64,000 bases of DNA from a virus (taxonomy: Duplodnaviria > Caudoviricetes), in the IMG/VR virus record IMGVR_UViG_3300045594_000145, positions 32,001 to 96,000 of that record. The stretch is one strand, 5' to 3'. A model generated the notes under the pieces. It saw nothing but the letters and a program-made list of their open reading frames with translations, was not told where the DNA came from and made no database searches. Of this stretch, positions 17,626 through 27,374 are shown piece after piece (the first letter of the stretch is position 1; every line of letters starts with the position of its first letter). The position numbers and the translations under genes are program-made.

Positions 17626-18285
17626 TCACTTCTCGCAGAAGTCACAAACTTTAACCTTAGTGACAATGCGGCGCCCTCTGCGGTCACGCAATTCAAGAAT
17701 AGGCTTACAGACAAGGCCTTCCATCACTAAAGAAGGATCCTCAGCAACAAGAGAAGTAGGCTTTGTCTTGACAAAAGCAATAGCTTCAGCTAGTGTCGCA
17801 GAAGGAAGTACAACTGGGGCCGCAGATATACCAAATTTAGTGGCAACATCTTCAACATCCTGCCGAGAAAGGTATAGGTCGCCCTCAGGGAAATATACAT
17901 CAAAGAGCGCAAAGCCGCAAGAGTCGTGTAAATATCTTCCTCCACCCTTTTGAATCTTCGCCCCATAACCTTCTCCAAAGAGAATAACCTGAGTCGAGCC
18001 AAAGACTTGCTCAAAGAGTTCCTCGGTGTTAGAGTCTCCAAAAGTAGAAGTCAAGTAGAAAACTAGATTAGAAGGAAGTTGCGCCCTGTCAGTGTGTCCC
18101 GCAAAAGATACTCGATGCCCATCCCAGATAACTCTGGTATTAGTTCCGTCAATTTTTTCAGTGCAACAGAATGGCAAGTCTTTAATAAACTCAAGTTCCT
18201 CAGAACGATATGCGCCCTCTATTAACCTCTTAGTCCCATCTTCCGCTCTGCGGAATGGAGTTTCTATCTTTTGATATTCAATCAT
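17626..18285 (-). CDS. ATP-dependent RNA ligase (Rnl2-like nucleotidyltransferase)
   Basis: motif I TEKIDGTN, LFGEGYG, FALFDV, MEGLV, TKVK. Confidence 0.8.
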   Translation of the reverse strand: MIEYQKIETPFRRAEDGTKRLIEGAYRSEELEFIKDLPFCCTEKIDGTNTRVIWDGHRVSFAGHTDRAQLPSNLVFYLTSTFGDSNTEELFEQVFGSTQVILFGEGYGAKIQKGGGRYLHDSCGFALFDVYFPEGDLYLSRQDVEDVATKFGISAAPVVLPSATLAEAIAFVKTKPTSLVAEDPSLVMEGLVCKPILELRDRRGRRIVTKVKVCDFCEK

Positions 18286-18535
18286 AATCTTTCCTCCTTA
18301 TCTAAAATAATTATATCATATTTTTTAGAAATCGTCAAAAATTTGCACTGCGAAATTAGAGCATTTCGAGGGAAATTTATAGGGTTTTCCCTGAAAAAAG
18401 GCTCTTTTATTTATGCTTTAAATCAACCAAAAAGCGTTTTTAATGCAAAAACTTGACAGTATAAGTAAAGGAAATGATAACTCATTTTCCAGAAAAAATC
18501 TAACGATTTTTTCTTCCAAATTCGTTATCATTTCC

Positions 18536-18570
18536 TTAGGAGAAAAGTGCCTTCGGCACTTTTCTCCTAG
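18536..18570. repeat. long inverted repeat (cruciform/hairpin) in an ORF-poor segment
   Basis: TAGGAGAAAAGTGCC-TTC-GGCACTTTTCTCCTA. Confidence 0.8.
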
Positions 18571-19065
18571 GGCGGTTTCAAATATTCCAGAAAAACGGAT
18601 TATCTAATCCATCCAAAGGTCATGACTATCCCTTATCCTCTTAGTTCATGCAGAGGGGATAGATAAAATCCTAACATAGTGGCGCATATCTTTCTTCTTC
18701 TTCTTTTTCTTCTATGGCTCTATTGTTTCTCTTCTAGTGTCTATGAGAGGAACTAGGAGTCAGTGTAATGGTAGATATGCGGTCTTTCTTCTGTATTGCT
18801 TCTTCCTCTATTGAAAAAACTTTCGCCGTTGGCTCAGTTTTTTCCCTTAGAGCAAGATCTGCTGCGCAGATCTTCCTCTGCTAACTACTGGGTAGTTTTG
18901 ATATGCGCCTGCCGCATTTGTAAAGAGATGGCTTCGCCATCTATTTACCCTAGCTCGCTTCGCTCGCGCCAGACGTCAGCAGAGGAGGAGTGGAGGAAGG
19001 AAGATAGAAGAGAGATTGCGGCCCTTAGAAGACTGTTCCGCGTTTTATCTAAATTCGGCAATGTT

Positions 19066-19362
19066 CTATTTTGCCGAATTTTGATGAACTATAGGGAGTC
19101 TAGGGGTTCTAGGGGTTCTTGAGAATATGCGCGAACAATGAACACTTCGGAAATGCTTTTCAAACCACTCTTCCGATTTCAACTCCAAGAAATCAAAGAA
19201 ATAAGTCTTATTAGTTCTATAATCAATCATGTAAACAACGATATAGTCTTCAAAAGAACGGGCTGTAAAGTCGCAAAAGCTAGTTGTCCATTCCTTAACT
19301 AAAGGGAGATCTTCATAGGTAACTGAAGACTCGGTTGTTCCTTTTGTAAAATACATTAGCAT
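19066..19362 (-). CDS. hypothetical protein (paralog of 23019..23288)
   Basis: Y.ID.R.N.T.FFDF....SEEW.E.HFRS.HCSR.FSR shared. Confidence 0.75.
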   Translation of the reverse strand: MLMYFTKGTTESSVTYEDLPLVKEWTTSFCDFTARSFEDYIVVYMIDYRTNKTYFFDFLELKSEEWFEKHFRSVHCSRIFSRTPRTPRLPIVHQNSAK

Positions 19363-19928
19363 AGTATATTTCCTTTCAACTTTATAATATCACAGCAATA
19401 GTAAAAGGTCAAAGGAAGCGCGCGGAGCGCGATTCCTGTCGCAGAAAATTGACTCTTCCAAAAAAAGATGGTAAAATATATATAGATAGAAAAATAAATT
19501 GCGTTCGCGCAAGTGCGCGCAAGTGTTTATAGAGGTGTGTATGCTTATAAGAAAGAGTTCATTAAGAGAGGTGAGTCGAAGGGGGGTGTGGCCTCAGCGT
19601 ACGCTCCTTCCACGAGAGGTTGATGGTTTCTATATGTTGCTTTTAGATGTTGAAGATATAACGGAGCGCATATCTGGTGGAACCCTAACAAAAGCGGAAC
19701 ATCAAGAAGCGTATATATTATTGCCCTCTCTCTAAAGTTAATTCTTCTTTTACTATTTAAAGTATATCATAAAAAAAAAGAGCCTGTCAACCAGACTCTT
19801 TAGTAAACTAAAACTTTAAGTTCCAATCTGAAAAAGCATCTTTATCAATTTGCTAATGTTGATGATTTTTTAAGATCTGTTGCCATTTCTTATTTCCACA
19901 ACCATATTCTGCTTTAAATCAGATTTTT

Positions 19929-20249
19929 TCATCTTCCTTTTTCCTCTTCATTTCTTACAACATCTTCAACATTCAAAGCGAAGGAGACAACACAAAAATA
20001 AGATTCTTTAAAGAACAAATAATTATAAACTTCGTCCTTTTTCATACCAGCTTGTTCTTCTGTTATCTCACCCCAAGTTAAGCGCTGAGCTATTTCATAT
20101 TTTTCTTTTAATTCTTTATCCTCTTTGATCTTTTTGTCTCTTAACTCTTCTGCGCCGCGCTTATTATCGAAAACACCTACAATCCATTCTTCGTGATCAG
20201 AATATTCTCCGCTTTCACCATTAACTATGTATATTCTTTTGTTTTCCAT
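19929..20249 (-). CDS. hypothetical phage protein
   Basis: IYIVNGESGEYSDHEEWIVGVF; AAGGAG RBS. Confidence 0.7.
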   Translation of the reverse strand: MENKRIYIVNGESGEYSDHEEWIVGVFDNKRGAEELRDKKIKEDKELKEKYEIAQRLTWGEITEEQAGMKKDEVYNYLFFKESYFCVVSFALNVEDVVRNEEEKGR

Positions 20250-20280
20250 TGTCTTTCTCCTTTATCGCTGATACGATATC

Positions 20281-20559
20281 TCATTTATCCATAGAGTTTT
20301 CAACTTCCACTTTCGCAAGTTTGTCTCTATAAATTGCCTCCAGATTGTTCCAAAAATTTGCTGGTAGTCCAAGAACCATCTCAAGTCGATTCGCAACATC
20401 AGGTGTCAACTGGACTTCACCGTTGACTAAATGACTCACATGCTTCTCTGACATACCCATTCGAGAAGCAAATTCTTTCTGACTCATACCACGGTTCTCT
20501 AATTGTTCTTTTATAGTGGCACCGGGTGGAGTAGCTATAAAGTTCCGACTCCTCGTCAT
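20281..20559 (-). CDS. higA: HigA-family antitoxin / XRE HTH, orphan
   Basis: ATPPGATIKEQL..RGMSQKEFASRMG...LEMVLGLPANFWNNLEA.Y. Confidence 0.85.
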   Translation of the reverse strand: MTRSRNFIATPPGATIKEQLENRGMSQKEFASRMGMSEKHVSHLVNGEVQLTPDVANRLEMVLGLPANFWNNLEAIYRDKLAKVEVENSMDK

Positions 20560-20593
20560 AATGTTTTCCTCCTTTAATTACGAAGCAGGTAAC

Positions 20594-20959
20594 TCAAGAA
20601 AGATCAGCAAGAGCTAACTCAATACAAGATTTAAGCAAGTACTGACGAATGAAAGAATCATCAATCCGAACATCTTCGTCTGGAGAAATCTCTAGTGCTT
20701 CAACAGCTTCAAAAAGTAAAGGAATGTTAGAAGCAACAGCTTCTGCGGCATCCTCTTCCCTAGAGAAATAGTAAGAATAACCTCCAGTAATGTTATCGAG
20801 CGATTCTAATTCATCGTAGAGAGAGGCAATAACCTCATTGGCAGATGGATCTTTTGGAAGTTCATGTCGAGCCGCGTAATCTTCAAGAGAATCATAATTA
20901 GAGTGAAAGTATGAAACAATATTAGAAATCATGGAGCTTTCATAATCATAACAGGACAT
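20594..20959 (-). CDS. acidic protein, paralog family A (Ocr-like candidate)
   Basis: YDYE...DNITGG.SYYF..AAEAVASN..LL...D..IR.YL; start MSCYDYE after RBS. Confidence 0.6.
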   Translation of the reverse strand: MSCYDYESSMISNIVSYFHSNYDSLEDYAARHELPKDPSANEVIASLYDELESLDNITGGYSYYFSREEDAAEAVASNIPLLFEAVEALEISPDEDVRIDDSFIRQYLLKSCIELALADLS

Positions 20960-21124
20960 TTTAGTTCTCCTTTCTTTAATATATATATTATAACACAAAA
21001 GAGAAGAAAAGTCAACAGGGGCCGCAAAATGGGTTCAAAGAATGGGGAAAAGATACCCCCCTGTTCCGCTCGCCCCCCCCCTTTTTTTTCAATATCTAAG
21101 AAATCTATAAAGCAGCGGCGCCAA

Positions 21125-21415
21125 TTAGTTGTCGGCCTTCAAATTATAAATAGGATATAAGTGATCAAGAACCTCCGCAGTAGGCGCGATTAATTCTTCA
21201 ATCTCTGCGGCGTCCTTATAGGCATCTGGGGCTTCGTCTAAAGTATTGGCAGAAACAGAGGTAGTAACAATATCTTCCATCTGCTCCTTATAGGCATTGA
21301 GATCAATTGTTGCCTTAGCAACTGTTCTACTCATTGCGCGACCCGCGCCATGTGGGGCTGAGCAGTTCCATTCTTCATTCCCTAGACCCCTACAAATTAG
21401 AGTGCCGGCGCGCAT
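21125..21415 (-). pseudogene. rtcB: C-terminal fragment of RtcB RNA ligase
   Basis: GNEEWNCSAPHGAGRAMSR and TLDEAPDAYK are RtcB C-terminal motifs; N-terminal metal-binding region absent; no clear RBS. Confidence 0.8.
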
Positions 21416-21702
21416 ATCTTACAAGAACTGCATTTCGTCCCTTGATTGCCTTTTGTTTCTTGCTTAGTGGGCTCTAACACTCTTTCGTCAAAATACCAGT
21501 CCGTTACATCAAGAAAATAATCTGCATTACCATCAACGCCACCACACTTTTTAGTAACAGTGTGAACTGTATTACAGAAATCTGCCATTTGTCTACAGAA
21601 ACCTGTATTTCCTTTAAGGTTTCCACACTCGTCTACTCCAAATTCTTTTTCCATACTCTCCCAACTTCTAACTCTAACCTTGTCACCTACTTTGAATTTC
21701 AT
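21397..21702 (-). CDS. hypothetical SH3-like protein (N-terminus shared with 33688 ORF)
   Basis: MKFKVGDKV.VRSWE.M..EFG.D..G. Confidence 0.7.
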   Translation of the reverse strand: MKFKVGDKVRVRSWESMEKEFGVDECGNLKGNTGFCRQMADFCNTVHTVTKKCGGVDGNADYFLDVTDWYFDERVLEPTKQETKGNQGTKCSSCKICAPAL

Positions 21703-21780
21703 AATATTCTCCTCTTTAATTAAATCTGAAAATTCAATAATTTCAAAACCTTCCTAAAGTGAGTACACTGGCGACATCTA

Positions 21781-22239
21781 CTAATTCCGCTTTTTTTCGA
21801 AATACCAACTATTGGCTGCAAATATTTTCTGTGCGCGGACTTTTTTGATTCTATCTAAAGAGGTATTAATAATATCGTAATCAGAACTAAGACTACCATC
21901 TACTTTATCAGACGGACTCAACGTAATCATCTGACACTTATTTGGTAAGATTGATTGAATAAAATTTTCCGCATCATCAATAAAGAATAATACGTTTTCT
22001 TCCTTAAGTGCCTTATTTAAAGGTTCTTCTCCATAGAGTTGCCGCATTAAAGTTTCTGCTAATAATGGTTTATTTTGAAATGGCATAGATAACTCTCTAG
22101 CCTTGGCTTCAATCGAATTTCTATTCATTGAATTTGTACAAATTAAATAGCAATTATAACCTTCCTTTTGTTTCTGGAATATTTCGTAAATCATTTCGGT
22201 TGTTTTGCCAGTTCCTCTTGGCGCATAAATTATCTTCAT
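21781..22239 (-). CDS. small P-loop NTPase-like protein
   Basis: APRGTGKTT Walker A; FFIDD Walker B-like. Confidence 0.6.
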   Translation of the reverse strand: MKIIYAPRGTGKTTEMIYEIFQKQKEGYNCYLICTNSMNRNSIEAKARELSMPFQNKPLLAETLMRQLYGEEPLNKALKEENVLFFIDDAENFIQSILPNKCQMITLSPSDKVDGSLSSDYDIINTSLDRIKKVRAQKIFAANSWYFEKKRN

Positions 22240-22501
22240 ATTATATTACTTCCTTTTCTGATTTTTTACTAATAGACTTTAAGTAAGAAGAAATTTGTTC
22301 TTCCTCTTCTGCGGTTGGATTCTTAAATTGTACTGCTCTTTATAAAGTTCTGGAAGTGGCATCTCCTTTCAACAAAGTATGACTTTAAATAGTGCTATGA
22401 CTAAAAGTGTTATAGCAATGATAAGTAAACCTAAACTATAAGCTGCTAATGCGGTTAGACAATGCTCGATTGAGAAAATTTTCTTTAGCCTGCTGATGAA
22501 A

Positions 22502-22939
22502 TTATTCATATTTGTTCTCTTCGTTCAAATCTTCAGTAGAGTTCCAAAAAGTTCTTGCAACTCCACTATTAACTACGTCTGCAATAATTCCGTCCATAAT
22601 CCCATCATAGGCATATTGCGCAACCATCCTTGACATGTATCCTTCACCTTCGCGGATATCGCGCCAGTTGAGATCAAGGTTATAGCAAGCTTCGGCAAGA
22701 AGTTCAAAGTTCCCAAAAAGACGCGCCGCACCAGTCATGTTGTCATCTACTTCTCCGACAATGGCATCTTCCTCTTGCATATCTTCACAGACGTAATTCA
22801 CAAACTCTACAAAAGTATCAAAATAAGTAAAATCAGTTCCCTCATAAAGCCACTTATATGCGGCGGCCTTTACTTCCTTATGATAGTCAAAAACATTGTT
22901 GGTTGATAACAGAAGCGTTGAACACTTATTCTTTTTCAT
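22502..22939 (-). CDS. acidic protein, divergent member of paralog family A
   Basis: FDYHKEVK...EDAIVG...GNFELL; D/E-rich. Confidence 0.5.
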   Translation of the reverse strand: MKKNKCSTLLLSTNNVFDYHKEVKAAAYKWLYEGTDFTYFDTFVEFVNYVCEDMQEEDAIVGEVDDNMTGAARLFGNFELLAEACYNLDLNWRDIREGEGYMSRMVAQYAYDGIMDGIIADVVNSGVARTFWNSTEDLNEENKYE

Positions 22940-23018
22940 AAGATGTAATTCCTTCCTTTTATATATTAATTATAACATAAAAAGCCGCAGAGGTCAACAA
23001 AAATCTGCGGCAACCACA

Positions 23019-23288
23019 TTAGAGGGTTCTAATCGGTAACCTTGAGAAATACCTAGAGCAGTGCATCGATCTGAAGTGTAACTCTAACCATTCCTCTGAT
23101 GGCTCCTGTTGAAAATCAAAGAAGAAGGTGCGGTTATCCCTGTGGTCTATCAAATATAAGATATATGGGTAAATACCTGAAGGATATTTCCGCAAAATAA
23201 AATGACACCATTCTCCCTCGAAGTCATCTATCATAGGGAACGACTCAAAATCTTCGCCCTCTGGCTTATCAACTGTGTATACTTTCAT
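23019..23288 (-). CDS. hypothetical protein (paralog of 19066..19362)
   Basis: shared C-terminal motif. Confidence 0.75.
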   Translation of the reverse strand: MKVYTVDKPEGEDFESFPMIDDFEGEWCHFILRKYPSGIYPYILYLIDHRDNRTFFFDFQQEPSEEWLELHFRSMHCSRYFSRLPIRTL

Positions 23289-23574
23289 CTGGCAGTATCC
23301 TTCCCCAAACTACCCAGTTCCAATCTAGTCCTAAGCAGTTCGCATCAGCAGTGGTTTGAATGCGGTCATAGTCAATCAAGGCGTCCTTTTCGATGAACCC
23401 CTTGGCTTCCTCGACTCTATCAAAATAGAACATTGACCGTACATACTTCCCATTCATCAACTTGAAGCAGTAATAGCACTTCTCTGGCTCGCCACTGATG
23501 GCACAAAGGTCATAGCGATATATACCATCTTCAGAGAGCCACTGGTCTTTGCTTCGTATTTTCTTAAATCTCAT
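23269..23574 (-). CDS. hypothetical protein
   Basis: 101-aa ORF, ATGA-coupled to upstream gene. Confidence 0.6.
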   Translation of the reverse strand: MRFKKIRSKDQWLSEDGIYRYDLCAISGEPEKCYYCFKLMNGKYVRSMFYFDRVEEAKGFIEKDALIDYDRIQTTADANCLGLDWNWVVWGRILPDESIHS

Positions 23575-24011
23575 AGAGTCTCAATCTCCCAAACGTTCCT
23601 ATCCGCAGGTTTACTGATATAGATGTTCCCATTATCCTTACAGTTTTCCGCACTAAAGGTAAGCATAGTGAATTGTGAATTATGTCTTCCTTCCCTATAC
23701 CCGACAGCAAGACTCAGATCGCGGCCTTTTCTTTCTACCATAACTCTAATAGAAGTTACCAGAATGAAGTCTCCAGTGAGTAAATCGTCTGCTAACCATT
23801 GGTCACTTGTTTCAAATTCTGCCTGTTCATCTGCCGTCGAGATAGTTGCCTCAAAGAAATCTTCTGAAGACAGCTCTGCGTTCCCTAAACTTGAGAGTGT
23901 TACCGTTATGCCCTGTTGCGGCATTCCATCTTCCTGCTCAGTTTTCTGGATTTTGAGAGTGCAAAACCCATAGAAATTCTTTTCAATATTTACATCAACA
24001 CTGTTTTTCAT
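23571..24011 (-). CDS. hypothetical protein
   Basis: 146-aa ORF with RBS and promoter. Confidence 0.65.
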   Translation of the reverse strand: MKNSVDVNIEKNFYGFCTLKIQKTEQEDGMPQQGITVTLSSLGNAELSSEDFFEATISTADEQAEFETSDQWLADDLLTGDFILVTSIRVMVERKGRDLSLAVGYREGRHNSQFTMLTFSAENCKDNGNIYISKPADRNVWEIETL

Positions 24012-24139
24012 AGTTTTATCTCCTTCTATTATATTATATCATAGTGCGCGCAAAGTGTCAATAAGCACATTTTTTGACAATTTTTAAAAAATATGCTATA
24101 ATTAGTATGTAAGAGAGGAAAAGGAGCTTAAAAACTAAC

Positions 24140-24691
24140 ATGGGACTAAATTTATCGCAAACTGAACGTTTGCTTTCATATAAAGTGATACTGGGATACT
24201 TCAGACACCAAAGAGTAGCAGATTATATAGGTGTCGACAGAGGAGTCATCCACAATGTGCGGCGTCACGCAGATTTAACAGAAGAAGAATTGAAGGACTT
24301 GGAATCAACTATGTACTTCAATCTCTATCCGAATGAGGTTAATGCCCTCCTCGACCTCATGGAAATGCTCCAAGTGCATGCAGAGGAGTTAACTAATAAA
24401 GATTTAACAGATGCGGAACGTGAGGCGCATATGAAAGTCCTCATGTACTACCTAAGACCTACACTAGTTGGTCGTATGGCAGGTGTCTCCGAATCTGATA
24501 TTCACAATCGGCTTACCCTTTTTAGAAGGAAGCCTCGGATCAGCGTTTACAAACAGGTTCAAGAGATATTACTTGCTGATTTCTTCCCGCTAAAAGAGTG
24601 CCTTAAAGAAGAGAATCTTTCAGAAGAAGCTCTTGAGCAATTTAGGAAGCTTGACGGCAAGGAACGTTTCAAACAAGTAAGACTCCGCTAA
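24140..24691 (+). CDS. putative DNA-binding regulator with two HTH-like segments, divergently transcribed
   Basis: QRVADYIGVDRGVIHN and TLVGRMAGVSESDIHN; own TTGACA-17-TATAAT promoter. Confidence 0.55.
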   Translation: MGLNLSQTERLLSYKVILGYFRHQRVADYIGVDRGVIHNVRRHADLTEEELKDLESTMYFNLYPNEVNALLDLMEMLQVHAEELTNKDLTDAEREAHMKVLMYYLRPTLVGRMAGVSESDIHNRLTLFRRKPRISVYKQVQEILLADFFPLKECLKEENLSEEALEQFRKLDGKERFKQVRLR

Positions 24692-24697
24692 ATCTCC

Positions 24698-25351
24698 TTA
24701 GCAGTTTGCTTCATCTGCTTCATCACAGAGCTGCTCCTCTCCCTCAGCATTAAACAAACCTACATAGTCTTTATCAAATAGACCATCCACTCCGCCGTAA
24801 TCAATAAATACAATTCGACCGTCATAAATACCAATATTTCCGTCATGGGCATCTTTAAGTAAAAAGATATAAAGGTCCCCATTTTCAGCCCACATTTTAG
24901 ACATTCCGTCTAAAAAGTTACTCACCATAGCATTTACATCTTCAGCAGACATTCCGAGTTCAGCGGCATTGTAGAGAGAAGTTTTAACAACTTCCTTCAA
25001 TTCATATTTCCAGCCATCAGCAAAAGCATTTTCGTGAGACTCAGAGATCTGATTAGTTCTGCTCACATAGGAATTATCTTCTTCCTTGCTATTAGGATAA
25101 TATCCTTTGCAAGTTGCGCGAGCCATCTTAATGCACTCATAATCGCTATGCTGTAGGTCAATAGGACATAACACATTATACTTAGATCCGAATTCGTTGA
25201 AAATACCAAGCTCATTGAGATTGGTGTAGAGAATATCGAGGTTAGAAGATTCTCCACTTTCAACATTCTCAGTGTTGTAGTGCTTCTCAACATAGTCTGG
25301 GTAAATCTCAGTTCTTCTAAATAAACCATAACGTACATCTTCTGGAGTCAT
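24698..25351 (-). CDS. protein-kinase-like fold protein
   Basis: KDAHDGNIG (catalytic-loop D-x-H-x-x-N) and FIDYG (DFG-like); start MTPEDV after AAGGAG. Confidence 0.55.
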   Translation of the reverse strand: MTPEDVRYGLFRRTEIYPDYVEKHYNTENVESGESSNLDILYTNLNELGIFNEFGSKYNVLCPIDLQHSDYECIKMARATCKGYYPNSKEEDNSYVSRTNQISESHENAFADGWKYELKEVVKTSLYNAAELGMSAEDVNAMVSNFLDGMSKMWAENGDLYIFLLKDAHDGNIGIYDGRIVFIDYGGVDGLFDKDYVGLFNAEGEEQLCDEADEANC

Positions 25352-25664
25352 AATTGTATTCTCCTTTTCTTTATACATATAGTATACCATAAAAGGTAAA
25401 AAACGTCAACAGAGAAGTTTTAGAGATCTTGATAGTATTGTTACCAAAGCACGGAGCGCAATTTCTACTAAGATGTCAACTAAGATCCCACATGACGAGT
25501 CGATCTCCTGTTCACACACTTTTCTGTCCTTCCCCCACTTTTTATCTACTTTTCTCCCACATTTTGCAGGAAATCTTCACTTTTGGTAGCACTGTTTCTT
25601 CCGGTTTTTAGATATGATTTTAGCTTAATCGTTCATTTAGGCTCAGAAAAACGGGTAAATATCC

Positions 25665-26480
25665 GAAAAAGGGCAAAAGCTAAATTTAAAGCTGCTCAGA
25701 ATCAGCCAAAAGCTTAATTTTCATAGTAAAAAATCGGACAAAAGACTCCTCCGGAGAGAAAAAATTTGCTCTGTGTTTCGTCGGCAAGGCTCTATGCTTT
25801 TAGCTTATCTTAAAGTGCGCGCACGCCCATCATTGGGTTCAATTCTTCAGTCATTATTCCACTATTTGCGGCTAGACATTCCCTAATTTTTGTCTAAAAA
25901 GTCAGGTTTCCCCCATATTTGGTCGAGTTTCTTACATTTTCCCCACAATTTCATCGAGTTTCCTACAATTTTCTCATCCTTCCATCCTATTTCTTCTAAA
26001 AACTGCCTATCCCGCAACGTCTTTTTTCTATTACTGCCAATTATGTGATTTTTATAGCTTTTTCCCTTGTTTTTTCACATATTTATGCTAATAGAGCAAA
26101 TTAAATTTTTCCCTCTACTCTCCCAAAGGAAGGGGCAAAAAGCGCTTTCTTATTCAGCTAGAATTCAGCGAAAAGCTTGATTTTTGAGTCAAAAAATATG
26201 ACAAAACAACTTTCGGAGAGAAAATTTTGTCCTGTGTAATGTCAGAAGAACATTATGCTTTTAGCTGGTTGAAAATCCTGCGCAAAGAGTGCGGCCAGGT
26301 ATGTCAGGATGCGCCGCATTTCAATAAAAACACCTGTGATATAGCTTTAAATTTTTTTTACGGGTATTTACTCGAAAAATGGAAAAACGCTTTTTTAAAG
26401 CGCTAAATAGGAAGCAAAAAGCTTGTTTTTTGAGTCAAAAATCATGACAAAAGACTGCCCGGAGAGGAAAATTTTAGTTA
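25665..26480. repeat. three degenerate ~100-140 bp direct repeats in a 1.4-kb non-coding tract
   Basis: AAAAGCTT..TTTT..AGT.AAAAA...GACAAAA..CT..CGGAGAG.AAA.TTT at ~25708, ~26171 and ~26417. Confidence 0.8.
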
Positions 26481-26824
26481 AAAATCTGACACAGGAGTAC
26501 ACCCAATTTTTGATTTTAGAAGATATTGCGCGATGGACACTTTCTAAAATTTGTCTACCATTTGAAGTCTCACTAGTCCGCCATTTCGGGTTGGACTTTT
26601 TTGCCGTTTCAGTGGTCAAGATTTCCTTGACAAGTGGCCGACATGCGCGTAAAATTGTCGCGTTTGACGGGACACTGTATCTCTTAGTTGCGCCGCAGTT
26701 TATAATTTACTCCAAAAATTTTGTGTACCATTTTCAGAATACAGAATTTTTTTAAGCTTTTTGCACAAAAAAAAATTGTGTACTCATTTCAGAATACAGA
26801 AATTTTTCCAGCTATGGGCGCAAT

Positions 26825-26853
26825 AAAAAAGAGAAGCCGCAAGGCTTCTCTCT
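26825..26853 (-). terminator. intrinsic terminator
   Basis: GAGAAGCC-UUGC-GGCUUCUC + U6. Confidence 0.8.
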
Positions 26854-26863
26854 AGGTCAACTA

Positions 26864-27157
26864 TTAGAACCAGAATGGAAAATTGAAAATTGAATCAAAG
26901 ATATCGGTTGGCTTGTCATCAATGCGCGTCTCAACAGAGAACCAGGTGCCGTAATCCTTGATGAACTGATTCTTCAATTCATTGTAGTGATCGATTGCGT
27001 CTTCAGCAGACTTCTGCGCCTTCTCAACCTCAGCCGCACGCGCCTTCTTTTCTGCGTTCTTCTTCTTTGTGAGTTCTGCGCTCTTGGCTGCTTCTACTTC
27101 AGCCTTCTTTGCATCCTCGATGTTGTCAAATGTCTTTGTTCCTACTAAATACTTCAT
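26864..27157 (-). CDS. hypothetical coiled-coil protein
   Basis: start MKYLVG after AAGGAG; Ala/Lys-rich. Confidence 0.7.
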   Translation of the reverse strand: MKYLVGTKTFDNIEDAKKAEVEAAKSAELTKKKNAEKKARAAEVEKAQKSAEDAIDHYNELKNQFIKDYGTWFSVETRIDDKPTDIFDSIFNFPFWF

Positions 27158-27211
27158 GTGTTTTCTCCTTTGCGGCCCTTGCTGCCGTCTTACTACTGCG
27201 TCTATCACGCA

Positions 27212-27234
27212 GGAAAAACCTGCCGAAGCAGGTT
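27212..27234 (-). terminator. terminator-like hairpin closing the ribozyme array
   Basis: AACCUGC-UUCG-GCAGGUUUUU. Confidence 0.7.
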
Positions 27235-27289
27235 GTATGCGTAAATGATATATACGTAGAATTATCCCAGTGGATTATCATTTACGACT

Positions 27290-27374
27290 AGAGAATTGGT
27301 TCTTCTACTTCGGCGGCGAACCGCTTCCTTGAATTAGTAGACTGCGCCGCATAGAGGCTTCTCTTATGCAGTCC
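27290..27374 (-). ncRNA. HDV-like ribozyme R6
   Basis: P1 GGACUGC/GCAGUCU, P2 AGAGAA/UUCUCU, P3 GCC/GGC, L3 UCUAUGC, P1.1 U-A, J4/2 AACCAA. Confidence 0.8.

Noticed and set aside
18796-19122. 108-aa plus-strand ORF
   Set aside because: TTG start without RBS, low-complexity region, overlaps a supported minus-strand gene
25665-26480. Possible CRISPR array
   Set aside because: Repeats are long, degenerate and irregularly spaced; no repeat-spacer periodicity
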